From positions 930,001 through 994,000 of the forward strand of contig BQFW01000011.1 of the NCBI GenBank assembly GCA_020891255.1: a stretch of 64,000 nucleotides of DNA. The letters are read 5' to 3'. The notes below the pieces were generated by a model. It was not told the origin of the DNA. It worked only from the letters and a program-made list of their open reading frames with translations, and ran no database searches. Made by a program: the position numbers and the translations under genes. Below, piece after piece: positions 33,455-47,875 of this stretch (positions within the stretch are counted from its first letter, which is position 1; each line of letters opens with the position of its first letter). Origin of the DNA: Entomortierella parvispora E1425 (taxonomy: Eukaryota; Fungi; Mortierellomycota).

Positions 33455-35964
33455 ATGTCCACCAAGGCTCGGACAATGGCCATGCGGCGTCAGATGGTCC
33501 GCACCTTCAAGAAGCATCAACTCACGTTGCAGCTCGACGCCACTGAATTCCTCGAGGGAACTCTCATTGCGCAGGATGTGCCGCCCGAGGACTTGAATGA
33601 CACTCTTGAAAATATTGCCGAAGGTTACGTGGCGAGAGAAGGTAAGGACTCTCAATGACCCGTTCTTGAAACAAAAGGCTCCTGTGATGTATTTGTCCAA
33701 AATAGGCTAACTGGGCAAGAATGACTACTAGGATTGAGTATCGTCAACCGTGCCCGACTCGAGGTTGTGCTGGAGAGCATGCAAAAGTGGACCCATCACC
33801 TGCATGAAAAGCCCACTCAAAATCCCCTCGACCCTCACAAATCACAACAACCTGCAATTTCCAGTCGCCATGTCGAGCCTAGATCTCAGCAGCCAGATCG
33901 GCACAGTCCGGAGTTCATAGGAGTTATGGACTCACAGGAGGACGGCGATCGGTTAAGACTGGACTCTATGCGGGATAGGATCAATGAGATGGAAACACAT
34001 GACGGCCCATATTTTGAGCACGAGAACGGTCATCACGATTTCGATATCGATATGAACGGTAATAGTCAAGGATATGGAAACGACATGGCAGAAGAGGACG
34101 ATGTCGATATTACGGAAATGCTGCATGTAGTCGATGCGTTCCAGATGCCCCGTTGGGGTTGGTCTTCAGATATCAAAACTTTTACTCGAGTAGAGTCGGC
34201 GGCGAAGCAACAAAACCTTCAATACGAATCTCATGCCAACACACCAGGACATCAGACGAGCACCAACCAGCTTTTAGGCATGGCGGAGGAAAAGACGGCC
34301 ATGTTCCGAGCTCGTTACCAGATCCTGTTGCAACGTATCATGAGGAACGAAAACTTTGCGCCTCCCGTCTTTACTGGAGGAGCGAAAAAGGATCAGTACT
34401 TGAAACTTACGCCACTCAAGGCACTCAAGGGTCGCTGTGGCGAGAGATTCTTGATGTTTGGAATGTTGGTCCAGATGAGTTCAGGAAAGTACAGTCTCGA
34501 GGATGCGGACGACCGAATCGAGCTGGTCCTGGGAAACAGTGTTAGTACTCAATTTTCATGGAGGATGTTGCTAGAAGGAGGTGGTCCTGGAACATGAAGC
34601 TCACCATACTCTATTTGCATTGTCATAATAGCAAAACTCTGCTGGACTGTTTACAGAGAACTGCTTTGTACTGGTGGAAGGACAATATACGGACGACAAT
34701 GTCATTATCGTAGAAACAATCGGATTGCCTCCACCAGAACTTCGCGAAGAATCAAAGTAAGGAGTCGATTTATGATCTATCCCAACCTCCAATATGGTGA
34801 AAGTTTGTCGTTGACCCAACCCACTCTGCTATTACATTTTCCACCTTTTAGAAAAGTATTTGGAAACATCGATTTTCTTGGCGCACCCAAGGAAATGAGA
34901 AGCGAGGAACAGCTCAAAGTCATTTCGGAAGAGTATGAGGATATTTCCTTTGTAATCCTGTCGGACGTATGGCTGGACCAACCCAAGGTTTGATTTACTC
35001 CACCTTTCATAATGTTTTTTTTTTTTTAAAAAAATCGTTCTCAGTCTAATTTTTTTTTTTTTTTTTTTGGGAACCAAAAGACCTTTGCAACATTACGGAC
35101 AATTTTTGAGGGATACTCCAACTCGACTCTTCCATTGGCATTTATCCTCTGCGGCAACTTCAAATCCAATCCATTCCTTTTCAATGGCCTGGAATCGGGA
35201 CAATATCGGGAAGGATTCAACACACTGGCGGAACTCATTGCCGAGTTTCCAACCATGGCGACATTCAGTTATTTCATCTTTGTGCCTGGACCCAACGACC
35301 CTTGGGGAGGCAGCATTTTGCCGCGCCCCAAGATCCCAGACTTCTATACCGCCAAGATGAGGTCCCTTGTGAAGCGATCCGTCTTTACTTCGAACCCTTG
35401 TCGGTAAGTGAAGTACCCCTACAACCTTTTTCCGGCTTTGTACGCTTTTGTTCGTCAGATCCACTCACACCTCTCCATCGCTGTTAGAATCAAGTACTGT
35501 GATCAAGAAATCGTAATCTTCCGCGAGGACATTCTGAACCGTCTCCTTCGCAACTGTATTGTACCTCCCTGTGGCGATGTCGTGATCCAAAAGCAGCTAG
35601 TCAGGACTATTCTTGACGGCGCTCACCTCTGTCCATTGCCATTGACAACACGGCAGGTCTCGTGGGCCTTTGACCATGCATTGCGTCTGTACCCTATTCC
35701 AGATGCGCTGATCTTGGCCGACAAGTTCGAGGCTTACAACTTCAAATACCAAAACTGTCACTGCATGAACCCTGGCAGTTTCCCAACGAGTGATTATTCT
35801 TGGATGGTGTACTATCCTGCAAGTAGACGTTCAGATATTTGGTAAGTGTTTTTCTCCTTTGACCTCTTTCTTACTAGTTTTTCTTTTTTCGAATTTGTGC
35901 TGACATTTCTCTCGCCATGGCTGTTCTCTTCCCCTTTAGCCAAATACCGAAGCCAGCCCGTTAG
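33455..35964 (+). CDS. DPB2: DNA polymerase epsilon subunit B; multi-exon
   Basis: VRTFKKHQLTL N-domain; [95 protein letters not shown]. Confidence 0.95.
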
Positions 35965-36130
35965 AAGGAGGGGGCTGTCCTGTGTAGCAAAAAATAAACT
36001 GCAATTGTACAGTACCCTCACCATTACCATTCAGTGCGGATTGAACAAATGCTTTATATTTTATAATGAATAGATCATTTCTTTTGACAATGACCTTGTG
36101 CTGTGGCTTTGTTCTGAGAAGGGGGGAGGT

Positions 36131-37415
36131 TTAGACCTCGATACAACCACCAACAACCTTCTTGATTGCGGCACGGCCATAGGGAATATAGGAGGCACTG
36201 TACCAGAACAGGGCCAAGAACTGAATCAAACACAAGATCAAGCAAATGATAGAAGATCCCACCACAAAGGCCATGACGAGGGTCAAGACGATCAATCCCA
36301 AGTAGACGATGGAGGCGACCATGCGGACGGGTGCAAACATAGTCCTGAGCTGCTTGCCAGGTCCGATCAAGAAGGTTGTGCTGAGAAGGGAGATCAAGTT
36401 GCCGAGGGTGAAGAAGACAGCAAAGAGAGCAGCCATGCCTGTCGTCAATGCCAACGTGGACTGAAAGAAAGAGAACCATGTTGAAAAGGTTAGAGAAAGG
36501 AACGAGTCAAAGATAATATTGCTTTCCGGGATTCTAGCTTGCGGAGGTTTTCTTCTTACCAAGATTGAGATAACGAAACCAACAACGAAGCTGATTAGAA
36601 AAAAAAAAAAAGGGCGAAAAAAGAACAGTGAGTTTCTCCTCTTGACCTTGTCCCCAATAAGAATTGCGCCAAGCCCAATTCTCTCTGACCCAGTGACCCC
36701 TGATTGGCTCCTCCCACGCTGGTCGCTTGACAAGAATGAACTTCGTGAGAACAAAGGGAAGGAGGAGAAGGGGGGGGAACTCCACCCTTTGTCCCACACT
36801 CTTGTCGTCTTCCCGGGATCCCAAGCTGGCGCCATGAGCGTGTGTTGCTAGCCAGAATAAGGTTGTGTTTTTGTGTCTCTCGGTTCCCGCGATCTTTGTT
36901 CCTGCTATAAAAAAAAAAGTCTATCTTGTCGCATGGCCCTCTTCTTCTTTTCATTCTTTTTCTTCTTCTTTTGCTCGCCTTTCTTTTTTCCTTCTTCTCC
37001 TTTCGAGTGGGGTTCACTTTCTTCACAGTCTCGGAGGGTTTGTGCTCTTTGTTGTCATGGTTGGTTCCTTTCATTTCCTTTGAACTGATCGGCCATCCTC
37101 TGTCCTGTCCTCCTGTCCTCCTGTCCCTGTCTTTGACAAAAGAGAGTGAGGTGGTCGTACCAAATTCCAAAGCCATAAAGCCGTTGAGTACGGTTGAGTT
37201 CAAAGCAACTGATAGGGTTGGAGTCATCCATGACCTAGAAGAAGACAAGTCAAACAAACAAGAGTTCTCGAGTCAATACAGTTTGGCCGGTCTGGTCTAC
37301 TGAAGGGTATCCTGGTTGCCAAGACTACAGCCACCGCGAACACGAGGGGGCAAGGTAGCAAAGCAGGGGTTGGGACAACATACATCCTCACCGCTGAGGG
37401 TCGAGGTCATTCCCC
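36131..37415 (-). CDS. Got1/Sft2-family vesicle transport protein (SFT2D-like); 4 exons
   Basis: MAIWGMTSTLSGED/VMDDSNPISCFELNRTQRLYGFGI/CFVVGFVISIL/STLAL...FTLGNLISLLSTTFLIGPGKQLRTMF...WYSASYIPYGR. Confidence 0.9.
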
Positions 37416-37751
37416 AGATGGCCATTGTGAATGTATAAAGAAGGGAAAGGTGATGAGGCGAGAGGGAGAGAGAAGGAAGGCAGGGCCTGGATGAGCAGTG
37501 GCGGGAGGGAGGAGGGAGGCGAGGGGGGGGGGGGGGGGGGTAAAGAAAGAAGAAGAGAGAAGAGGAGAGAACAGAGTCAACACAAAAAACAAAAAAAAAG
37601 AAAAGAAAAGCCCGCAAGACGGACAGACACATAGACAGACAGACAGAGAGGGAGGCAGGCACAGCCCTGACTCTCTTTGGAAGAAAGAAAGAGACAGCCA
37701 CCAAAAACACGTCTTCTCTTCGTCTTCTTCATCTCTTTACTCTCAGCAACC

Positions 37752-38450
37752 ATGTGCAAGCACATCCTCAACGTCCAGGTACCCGCCTTACTCTACCACC
37801 CAACTACTCCATCACTCTCGCCTGTTGTCATTCTGGGTCCCTTCTCCGCCCTGGCTGCATGCTCAACATCGTGCCATGTTCCTTTCTTTTTTCTTTTCTT
37901 TTTGGTCCATCTGACACCTTGTTTTTAGGCCTCCATCCGCGCCCCATGCTGCAAGCAATGGTTCGACTGTGCCGAGTGTCACGGTGAGGCCACAGACCAC
38001 CCTCTTCGCAAGACCACCGAAATGGTCTTTGGATGCAAAAAGTGCAAAAAGGTCTTCCGCAAGGACATGGAGTAAGGACAGGCGAATCTCGGTCTTGCAT
38101 GGCTCTCTGAAAAAAGAAAAACATGCCTTAAAAAACACACGAGCTGACGTTGATCTACCTACCGTGATAGACATTTTGAGGAGGAGGACGAGTACTGCCC
38201 ACACTGTGACAACAAGTTCATTGTCGAGGCGAAGACCCCACAGATGGGTATCGCTGTCGAGGGACAGGACGAGAGAATGGGCAACAGGTAAATTGGATAG
38301 GTTTATTTCTCGGGCAGGATCGAAGTAAAACACATAAAGCTGACCATAATCGCTCTTGTATCTAGATTCGAGAAGGATCTTCGTCTCAAGGAGGACAACT
38401 TGAAGTCAGTCTTTGACGAAAAGGCCGATATCTCTCACAGGATGGGTTAA
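37752..38450 (+). CDS. CHY-type zinc finger protein; 4 exons
   Basis: MCKHILNVQ/..IRAPCCKQWFDCAECH...FGCKKCKKVFRKDME/TFEEEDEYCPHCDNKFIVEAKTP. Confidence 0.85.
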
Positions 38451-38747
38451 AAAAAAGGAACAGCATAGGATATCTGTCAGCTAGAGAAACCAGGAAGCCG
38501 AGGATCTTGAAAACATGGGATGGAAATATTCAAGAGCTGCTTGATCCAGCGCAAACCTCTGCGGGAGGGGATTTTTTTTCTTTCAGCCCACTCCTCCCAA
38601 GGATCCTCGATTGTACAACAAATAAACAACAACACCTCCACATCTCTATCTGTCTGGTTCATACAATGATATATTACATGCAAGCGTATGGAGCTATGGA
38701 GCTACCTCCTTCTATGGGCAACGCTGACTTTTTTTCTTCCTCTTATT

Positions 38748-39447
38748 TTAGATCTTGCGATCTCCAGGGCGACCGAAATCGTCCTTGGCCTGGTCAGCAA
38801 ATCCAAAGGCCTTGGGAATAATATAAGTACGCTTCTTGGGCTCTTCTGGGGCCTCCAATTCCTCGTATTTCTCTGGTGCTGGTGCAGCGGCGGCGTTGGG
38901 GTCGACCTTTGTGAATCTGGGAGCAGACTTCAGCTCCTCGTCCTTTTGTGACAGATCAAACTCTGAGGGCATTTCGAATCCCACCATCTTGGCCGTCTTT
39001 TCAACCTGCAATCCCTTTTCCTCGTCCCAGAAGCTAGGGTTGTATCTCTCGACCAATTCCTATTTATAATTGAGAATACAAAGACAAGGGGCAGGGTGAA
39101 TAACGAAGAAAGGATGTACGAACCTTTGCTGGATCAAAGGATACTTGTAGATCGGTGATCGCCAATAGTTTTACCTTGTGCTGACGCTGACTCTCGAGAT
39201 AGACAGCAAGATCCTCACCATCGGTGTAAAGCTTGTTCAATTCAACAGGGTCGGTCTGGTTGGCGTTATTGCGGAAGGCCTCCTTGAGAGCCTCGGTCCA
39301 CACCTTGTTGGCATGGACATTGATGCCGAAATGGCCCTTTCCGGGCTGCAGGTCCTTTGGGTGAGTGTACTGGAGATGAACCTCGCGGAGGATGCGTCTG
39401 AAATGAGTGAGTCCCTGGGACCGTGAAGAAGCAGCGGCAGAGGCCAT
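38748..39447 (-). CDS. FMC1: Mitochondrial ATP synthase assembly factor Fmc1-like (LYR family); 2 exons
   Basis: FRRILREVHLQY (LYR-like)...YLESQRQHK/ELVERYNP...VEKTAKMVGFEMP. Confidence 0.8.
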
Positions 39448-40317
39448 TATATGAATGTGTGAGAAGAGAGAGAGAGAGAGAGTCGTGGTTGAACCAAAGA
39501 GAAGCGAGTTGCATGCATGCTACAATGCCACCATTACGAAGCAGGGCAGGCAGACGGTGCCTGTCAACAGCCAAGCCACACAAGTTCGTCAGTAGAATAG
39601 ATGTGAGGATTTAACGATTCGACAAACCCTGCTGGGAAATAACAGATCAGTCTTCTCCACGCCCCCGGCAAGGCTCCTCGTTCGCTCAGAGCACCCAAAA
39701 AAATCATTTATCCGCTGGCCAGCACCGACTTCGCCAATGGCACCGCGCTCCGGGGGAATACAGTAGGTGGAGTCTTTATGAATGGCATGTACGCCCAGCA
39801 GCCTGCTTGTGTGTGTGCGTGTGCGTGTGCGTGTGTGTGGGCATCGCTTCGTTCATTGTGCAACCCTGTTTGTTTGTCTCTGGAGAAGACACACACACAT
39901 GCACGAGTCCGTGGAAGTTGCAGTCCTGCTCGGCTCCTCGTCCTCTTCGTCTCTCCTCTCCACGTCAGGGCCGCACCTGCCCCCTGTCTCGTCCCTCTCC
40001 GACGAGAGCTCCTCATTCGCCGCGCCTCCCCCCTCCAGAGAGAAAGGAAAGAAAAGGATCCGGCTGGCTGCACCAACGGACATCCACTCCACCCTGTCGA
40101 TGATCTCTCCGGTCCAGCCTGCTCCTCCAAACTCTCTTTCGATCTTCCCTTTCTCCCCCTCTCTTTCTTGACTTGTTCCCTGCCTTCTTTTTCCCCTCTC
40201 TCTCTCTTCTCCATTCCTTTTCTCCATTCCTTTTCTCCATCCCTTCTCTCTCTTCTCCATCTTTTTTTTCTCTTTCCCCACACTTCTCCACTCCGCCCTC
40301 TCACAACTCTTTCGATC

Positions 40318-42914
40318 ATGCCCACCTTCAAGTACTACAACCTCGACAAGCAGAGTGTCGAGGTCCCTGGCACACGCACCACTGGTGCCACCGGTAGGTC
40401 CCTTCATCCTTTTCCTCTACTTCCTCTTCTCTCCTTCAAAGCTCCTTCCCTGAGCCTCCCAGGGTCCAGCAGCCGTCAAATTTGCTCCAGGATGCTTCGA
40501 TCTACTGCCCCTATTGCCCCGCAATTTTGTGATCCGTGGAGTCTGGTTTCAGTCTTCGTGGACCATCTTCCTTCCCTTCTTTCTAACTCTTTGTCTCATT
40601 CTGTTTGACATTGATAGGCCACTACCGCCATGCTGCTTATGCCGATGGCTTGGTCAACTGCATTCGTGAGGCTCCCCAGCTCAAGACCCTTTACGACATC
40701 TGGCAGAACTGTAAGCACTGAAAAGATCGCGGAACAAACTGGACCTCCGAGAAACCCGATCGGGGAAGACCAACAGGCCGGCTTCTGAAAAAAGATATAG
40801 TACCTGATGCTAACTCTCATCTCTACTTTATTACATCCATGGATCGTACGCACAGCTGTCTCCAAGTACGGCGACAATGACTTCTTGGGACACCGCCCTT
40901 TCAACACTGTCGCCCAGACTTATGGAGGATATACTTGGGAGACCTACCGCCAGATCAACCAGCGCGTCAACGCTTTCGGAAGCGGTATCATGCACTTGAA
41001 CGAGGTTATTCTCGGAAACGAGCAGCTCAACAGATGGTCGCTCGGGATTTGGTCTCATGGTCGCCCTGAGTGGTTCATCACGGAGATGAGTTGTAACACG
41101 TAATGCCCTCTCCCTCCTGGTTTTGTCAGCCTCTCTCTTCAGCAAGGTGTTCTCAGGAGTATATGAAAAAGAACCCCCTACCCTGAACTAACAAACAATC
41201 AACTCTTTTTTTTTCCTGTTGATAGTTACAACTTGGTGTCTGTGGCCTTGTACGATACCCTTGGACCTGACGCTGTCGAGTACATTGTCAACCATGCCGA
41301 CGTCCAGATCGTTGTGTCCAGTGGTAAGGTCTTGGATCTGATTCGATCATATTTGATTTGTTCGTGGAGAGTATTTATTTTTCTTCCCACGTGAAATTAT
41401 CCTTTTTTTTTTCCTTTTCCTGCGCAAGTGCCCCGTCCATGCATCTAACATTTCTTTTATTCTGTTTGTTGTCGTTGTTGACGCACATGAACAATGCACC
41501 TAAATAGCCAACCACATCGCCTCCATGCTCGAGAATGCCGATAAGCTCCCCAAGCTCAAGGCCATCGTCAGCATGGACTCTCTTCACGATACCGTCCCTG
41601 TCCCCGGCGCCACCTCGGCCGCTCAGGTCTTGCGTGCCTGGGGTGCCCAGAAGGGCATCAAGGTCTATGACTTCGATGAGATCGAGTCTCTTGGTGCAGA
41701 GTTTCCTCGCAAGCATATGCCCCCTCATGAGGATGAGGTTGCTTCTCTCTGCTACACTTCCGGCACCACTGGTCAGCCCGTAAGTTCTTCTTGTCCCAAG
41801 AAATTTTGTTTTTACAACAATGTAATGCAGGTTGGGATATATTCGATTAACAAGCCCATTGTCTTTACCGAGTATAGAAGGGAGCCATGTTGACCCAGAA
41901 GAACTTTGTCGCCACCGTCGGCACTAACCGTGAGGGCATGAACTTGGGTCAGGACGATGTCTTGATCAGGTATGATAAGGCTCTTGGACGATTCAGTATC
42001 AGAAAAAAGTCATATTTGCCTCGAGTTGACATTTATTCCATTTTTTGTATCTAGTTTCTTGCCTTTGGCACATATCATGGGTCGCGTCGTTGACACCTGC
42101 TCCATGTATGGAGGAGGAAAGATTGGTTACTTCCGTGGAGACATCCTGTTGCTCCTCGAGGATGTTGCTGAGCTCCGCCCCACCTTTTTCCCTGCTGTTC
42201 CCCGACTCTTGAACCGAATTTACGCCAAGTTGGTCGCCTCCACTATTGAGGCCCCCGGCTTGGTCGGTGCTTTGGCTCGTCGCGGTGTAGCTGCCAAGAT
42301 GGCCAACTTGGCTGCTGGCAAGGGTGTGAACCATGCTCTCTGGGATCGCCTTTTGTTCAACAAAGTCAAGATGGCCCTTGGAGGACGCGTCCAGGTCATC
42401 TTGACCGGTTCTGCCCCCATTGCCAAGGAGGTCTTGAGCTTCTTGCGCATTGCCTTTGGGTGTGTTGTCTTGGAGGGATACGGATCCACCGAGGGCATGG
42501 CCACCGCCACCATCACTATGGCTGAGTATGTTTTTTTTTTTTTTTTTTTTTGCTGGCGTTTCATTCAATTGTGACCAATTATTCATCTGAATCATTTCTT
42601 TCACTATCATCAATAGCGAGTATATTCCCGGACACATCGGATGCCCTCGCGCTGGTGTCGAATTGAAGCTTGTGGATGTTCCCGAGATGCAGTACAGATC
42701 TACTGACCAGCCCTTCCCCCGTGGTGAGATCTGGATCCGCGGTGACACTGTCTTCAAGGGATACTTCAAGGATGAGAAGAACACCAAGGAGACCATCGAC
42801 CCTGAGGGATGGCTCGCTACCGGCGATATTGGATTCGTCGACAACCGTGGATGCTTCACCATTATCGATCGCAAGAAGAATATCTTCAAGGTAAAATGGA
42901 GGACATTTCTCGAC

Positions 42915-42947
<33 letters not shown>

Positions 42948-43457
42948 CAAAGTCCATGCACTAACCCATCCTTTTTCGTTTCTACCTTTAACTAACAGTT
43001 GGCCCAGGGTGAATACATTGCCCCTGAGAAGATTGAAAACATTTTTACGGCACGCTGCAACCTCGTGCAGCAAATCTATGTGCACGGTGACTCCTTGGAG
43101 AGCACATTGGTCTGTGTGGTCGTGCCTGAGCCCGAGACTTTCTTGCCCTTTGCCAACGGTTTGACTGGCGCGAACGTGGCCATGGGCGATGCTGAGGGCA
43201 TTGCCAAGCTGTGCTTGGACCCCAAGGTCAAGGCAGGATTCTTGAAGGAGCTCGAGAGGGCCGGTAAGGCCGGTGCCCTTCGTGGCTTTGAGTTTGTCAA
43301 GCGCATCCACCTCACCACCGATGCCTTCTCAGTCGATAACGGTATGATGACCCCTACCTTCAAGGTCCGTCGTCCCCAGGTCGCCGAGTACTTCCGCGGT
43401 CAGATCACGGCCATGTACGAGGATATCCATGCCACGACCCCCGTTGCCAAGTTGTAA
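40318..43457 (+). CDS. Long-chain fatty acyl-CoA synthetase (ACSL/FAA family); multi-exon
   Basis: YTSGTTGQP/KGAMLTQKNF, SFLPLAHIMGR, ILTGSAP, EGYGSTE, FPRGEIWIRG, WLATGDIG, IIDRKKNIFK/LAQGEYIAPEKIE, MTPTFKVRR. C-terminal AKL resembles a PTS1. Confidence 0.95.
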
Positions 43458-43797
43458 AAAATGAGAAACAAGAAAGACCTTAGAAAGCAGCAGGAATAAG
43501 AAATGCAAAACGCATCATTTCATCCGCACTCTCCCTCCTCCTCCCTCGGCATCATATTCCCTTCCTCTCGTTTTTGCCGAGTATAAAAAATCGAGAAAAT
43601 AAATCATAAAGCTATTCCAAAAGACTTGTTTGCATGTGCAGTTCATGTTGATGTATTTGTGGAGTATGCAATAGTTCAATGTGGCTTCTCGATGACGTCT
43701 AGATCCTTCTCTTCTCAATCCTTTTCCTCCCCATCTCTTCCATGTCCTCCTGCAGTTTTCCCTTCAATCGAATTTAACCTTCACTTTTGTCTGGCGC

Positions 43798-43825
<28 letters not shown>

Positions 43826-43830
<5 letters not shown>

Positions 43831-46800
43831 TCCAGCTAGCAGGTTTATGGTCGTCAATGATATTCCAGCCGGAGCGCCATTGACGGTTGGCCATCACCTC
43901 GTTTGTCGAGCCCATGACACCGTAGGTTGCAGGTGCAAACCAAAGGAAGGTCAGGATGACGGTCAAGTACGCCACGGACCAAACGGCCCATCGCGTGAAC
44001 CATCTTATGGTTGACTTCTTCAAGACATGATCCAGCAAGAAGGCGCAGAGGAGGATGGTGAAATACAAGGCTGGGAAATAATGGTGCAGATAGGTTACTC
44101 GACCCATCACACAAAATGGGAGGTAATGCAGGAACCATCCGCCCACCAGAACCTTCCCCGTGAACAGGAAGTCCTCCCATTCGTCTTTGGTCAAGACTGG
44201 GCAAGAGGATACAGGTGGCTGCTGTGGCTGATTTGAGAAAGTCTTGTGGAGGTGATTCTGTCCTCTTTCAGACTCCCCACTTTCTCCTCCTCCCTTCCTT
44301 TGTTCTTGGCGTTCAACCCGAGCCTGATGCTCGTTGAGGTCCCTTTCCAATACCTTGGATGAGGTCTTTGCGGTACGACTGAAAACAATGTAATAGTACG
44401 TCAGGGTGATGGCAAAGAGACCCAAGGACAAAGACCCAGACCACCAGACGGCAGGGTTACCGATCAGCCAGATTTTCCTTTGATTGTTGCTCCAGCCACA
44501 CATACGCATACCCACGGCCAAGAATGGCCATTGACTTGGTAAGGAGGCCAAATGGTCCTCCTTGTCTGGATCTGGGATTAATCCGTTATTGGATGTCATC
44601 ATAGCCACGTTCAAATGCCAAAAGTCCTGCCAAAAGTCGGTCTTGTACTGAGTCGCATCTCCAGGGGGAACTAAGCAAAGAGAAAGGAGATGGAAGGGTG
44701 AGTGTAGGTCGATTGGCGTAACAAGATTTTTTTTTTAAAAAAAAAGCAACCAAACAAACAAGCAGTCAAGAGGGAACCCTTTGAACCCTACGTTTGTCAT
44801 TCCAGTGTTCTTCGATATTCCAGATCGAAAAGGCGCTCGAGGTGAGATTCCTTTGATCACAATAAACCTGCACTTGACTAAAGCCCCATGAGGGGAGAGT
44901 CTTTGTGGACTCTGCGGTCAACAGACAACCCAGGACCCGATGACGAAGTCGAAACCGTGTCGTCAATGACCGTAGGGTGCCATCCATCGGATATTGAGCG
45001 CTTTGGCTCACAATCTCAATAACCCATTCATCATTCTCGTCTCCTTCGTCTGGGTTTCCATAGCCGCTGACTTCCCATTGATCATTGGTGATGGGCGCAC
45101 GGATCCTGTGGCTGTGGAGGTTGCGCCCAGTAGATGGATGCACCAATCGCAGCATCGCACCATCCTTTACAATCTCGATAGGTTCTTCATTCCTTTTGTC
45201 ATTTTGCTGTTCCTCATCGCCTTGTTCTCCTCCTCGTTCTTTCTCTTGCTGCTCTCTTTGCTCTTTCAGTTGGACATAGCCATGAGGCTTCCGGATCACA
45301 AAGTGGTTATTATCATCCTTGTGATGGTACAAGGTCACCTGCTGTTGACGGGATCCTCCCGGGTAGGTCTGCTTGTGTGAATGCAAAATGCCACCGCCAT
45401 GGCCCGTGTTCTTGATGGTCACCTTGGATCCGAACGCTACCTCTGTGTAAATCATTTCCCGAAACAAAAAAAAGTGGCCTTGGAATGAATACCGCTGTTT
45501 TTGCCACAAGAAAAAAAAAAAGGATCCGACACAAAAAAAACTCCCCTTATCAATAGATTACCTAGAGGGTTGTTTTTCAGAGTGCTTCCGTTTAGATTCG
45601 CTTGGAAAAGGGAGCTCATATGGCCATCACCTGGACCAGTGTTGGTCAAGATTCGAAAGTGCATCACAAAACAGCTCACGTAGATGGTCGCTGGAATAAT
45701 GATTAAACAAAAGATACGAGCGATCCAATGTCTAACATATTTTGTCTACAAGCAACGTATCGTTTCAGTTGTAAAGCAACGGTTAGGAAACAATAATAAA
45801 AAAAAAGTTGTGAGGAGAGAACGAGCTTGCCGGACCCGTTCATTTTTACACACCTTGGACAAAGTGAGATCACCAAAAAGATCCCAGAGGTCTTCGATCG
45901 TGTGCTAGACACAAGAGGTCGGGAGGAGAATAAGCCATGAGTCTTTTCCTCGTAGCTCACAGAACAATCAAGTCTTGTGCCCTTGGTAATAATAACTGAA
46001 CTCACCAGTCCGACGAGAGCCGTGACAAACAATCCGACCCATTTTACACTAGACACACACCCGATGCCTAGGCCAGTCAGGGCCAACCATAGCCACCACT
46101 TGGTCGAAAACGCTCTGCAGCAACACAATCATCCAATTCAAGTTTTAGTTTTTTTTTCCCCCATCGGATGCGTGCCTTTTTGCCATGATTCGACTTACTC
46201 GTTTCGCTGGTTTCTAAACTTGACAAGGGCCAAGACCACAAAGATGGTCGAAGACAACAGCATCGAATCCAAGAGGATATAGCGACTGATGGCCAGATAC
46301 GCATTGTCCAGCAAGACCATCGTTGCCGCCAGGGTCGCTCCTGCTCTGGACAGACCCAGTTCCCGAGCAGTCCAAAATGCCATAGGGATCATGACGACGC
46401 CAAAACTGGCGTTGAAGAGTCGCATGAAAGGATAATTGATGTCGGGATAAATCTCTCCTGAAGGGAAATTAAACGATCCGTTGTAACCACCCAGATACCC
46501 AGAGTAGCCCACTAACATCTTGGCCAGTGGAGGATGGACGTCGAAGTAGTGCTCCCCTCGAAGATAGTAGGAACCAAACTGACGGACCACAGAGTTGCAA
46601 GGAAAAAAAAAAGGCGAGAAAAAAAAAGGGAACAACATCGCCATTGTCAGTCTGGTTGTTCCAAGGAAATGAGATTGCGATCAAATAGCCTTCACCCTTC
46701 ATGCTCTGGTAAAAAAACCAACCTTTCCAAAGTGAGCCTAGTGGTTGTAAAAGGGTTGATCCTCCTCTCTGGTGAGCTTATTGCAGGTTATCTGCTTCTT

Positions 46801-47316
46801 TTTGTTTTCCTTTGTAGCTGATAACATTACCTCATCCCAGGTAACATGGATCGTGCCTTGAATATCTCGATACCGCGTCCAAGCAGACAACGATGTAAGT
46901 ACAATGGTCAGCACGGTAGAAGCAACGTGCTCGACGACAGCTGAGATCTGATGCATGGAACGGATCTCAAAACAGAGCTTGATCAGTACAAATGCAGCGC
47001 GTCGTTGGGGAAGATGCAGGGTAAGATGACATATCAAAAGTAGATTTGTTACCTTGCCTGCATCGATCTGGATGTTAATGACTTCACAACTGGGTCCTAA
47101 CGACGTGTCTACAGGTTTACGCTGTTCTTTGATGGCGACAGAAATCGCCGGTTGCTTGACTGGGTAGTAAAACTCGTGGTCGAGGTCGTCACTGTCGATG
47201 AGGTGCAGCTTCTCATTGTCGTATTCCTGTTGTTCATCATGTTGGTGGTGGTGGGGCCGCTGCTGCAGTAAAAAGTCACCGTAGTCCAACCGTGCGTGCT
47301 CTTGGTGCCCAGACAT
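43826..47316 (-). CDS. PMT2: Dolichyl-phosphate-mannose:protein O-mannosyltransferase (GT39), PMT2-like; multi-exon
   Basis: VTWDE/..FGSYYL...FDVHPPLAKML, ILLDSML, SVKWVGLF, TIEDLW, MIR domains (LHSH, LRLVH, FRLRH), WPFLAVGMRMCGW, HHYFPALYF. The subfamily assignment is less certain than the family. Confidence 0.9.
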
Positions 47317-47839
47317 TCGCCTTGCTGTGTGTCTAGGGAAGGGTGGGTGAAATGGAGCAGAGGGTCTAGAAGAATATCTATGAAAGGATGGCCTGGTAGT
47401 GGAGGGGCGAGAGTGAGCGAGTCAGAGTAAAGAAAAGAGACGAGGAAAAAGAAGGGAGGGGATGCAATCAGGACAGACCCCCGGGAAGAGAAGTGAGGGG
47501 AATAGGAGTGGAATGTGCCGCTCCAGAAGGCACGAGAGGTGTGCAGCGCACAGACCCGTGCCACAGAGACAGAAAGAGAGGAATGGACGCAAAAAAGGGG
47601 GAGTGAATAGAGAGGAGCAGGATGAACGTACTGCCCTACTACGTTCTCGGCCTGTTGTATCACGCACATGGAATCTCGAGTCGATCTTCACTGTGCAACA
47701 ACACGGCAGGATGCCCATCCACTTCGAGAAATATGTCAAGTGCGAATAAGATCCCACTCACAATTGATCAGACTGCCGGACCTCGGCTATGGTCCTTATT
47801 TCCTGAGGGATGATGCTCTATCTCAGCAGCGGATTGAAA

Positions 47840-47875
47840 GATCGACGACAGACATGCGATCGACGACAGACATGC
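47840..47875. repeat. Perfect 18-bp tandem duplication (GATCGACGACAGACATGC x2)
   Basis: Read directly in the PMT/methyltransferase divergent intergenic region. Confidence 0.9.

Noticed and set aside
39708-40608. Multiple overlapping 100-276 aa ORFs upstream of the acyl-CoA synthetase
   Set aside because: They derive from (GT)n, CT-rich and TTTCTCCATTCC-like leader repeats plus intron 1.
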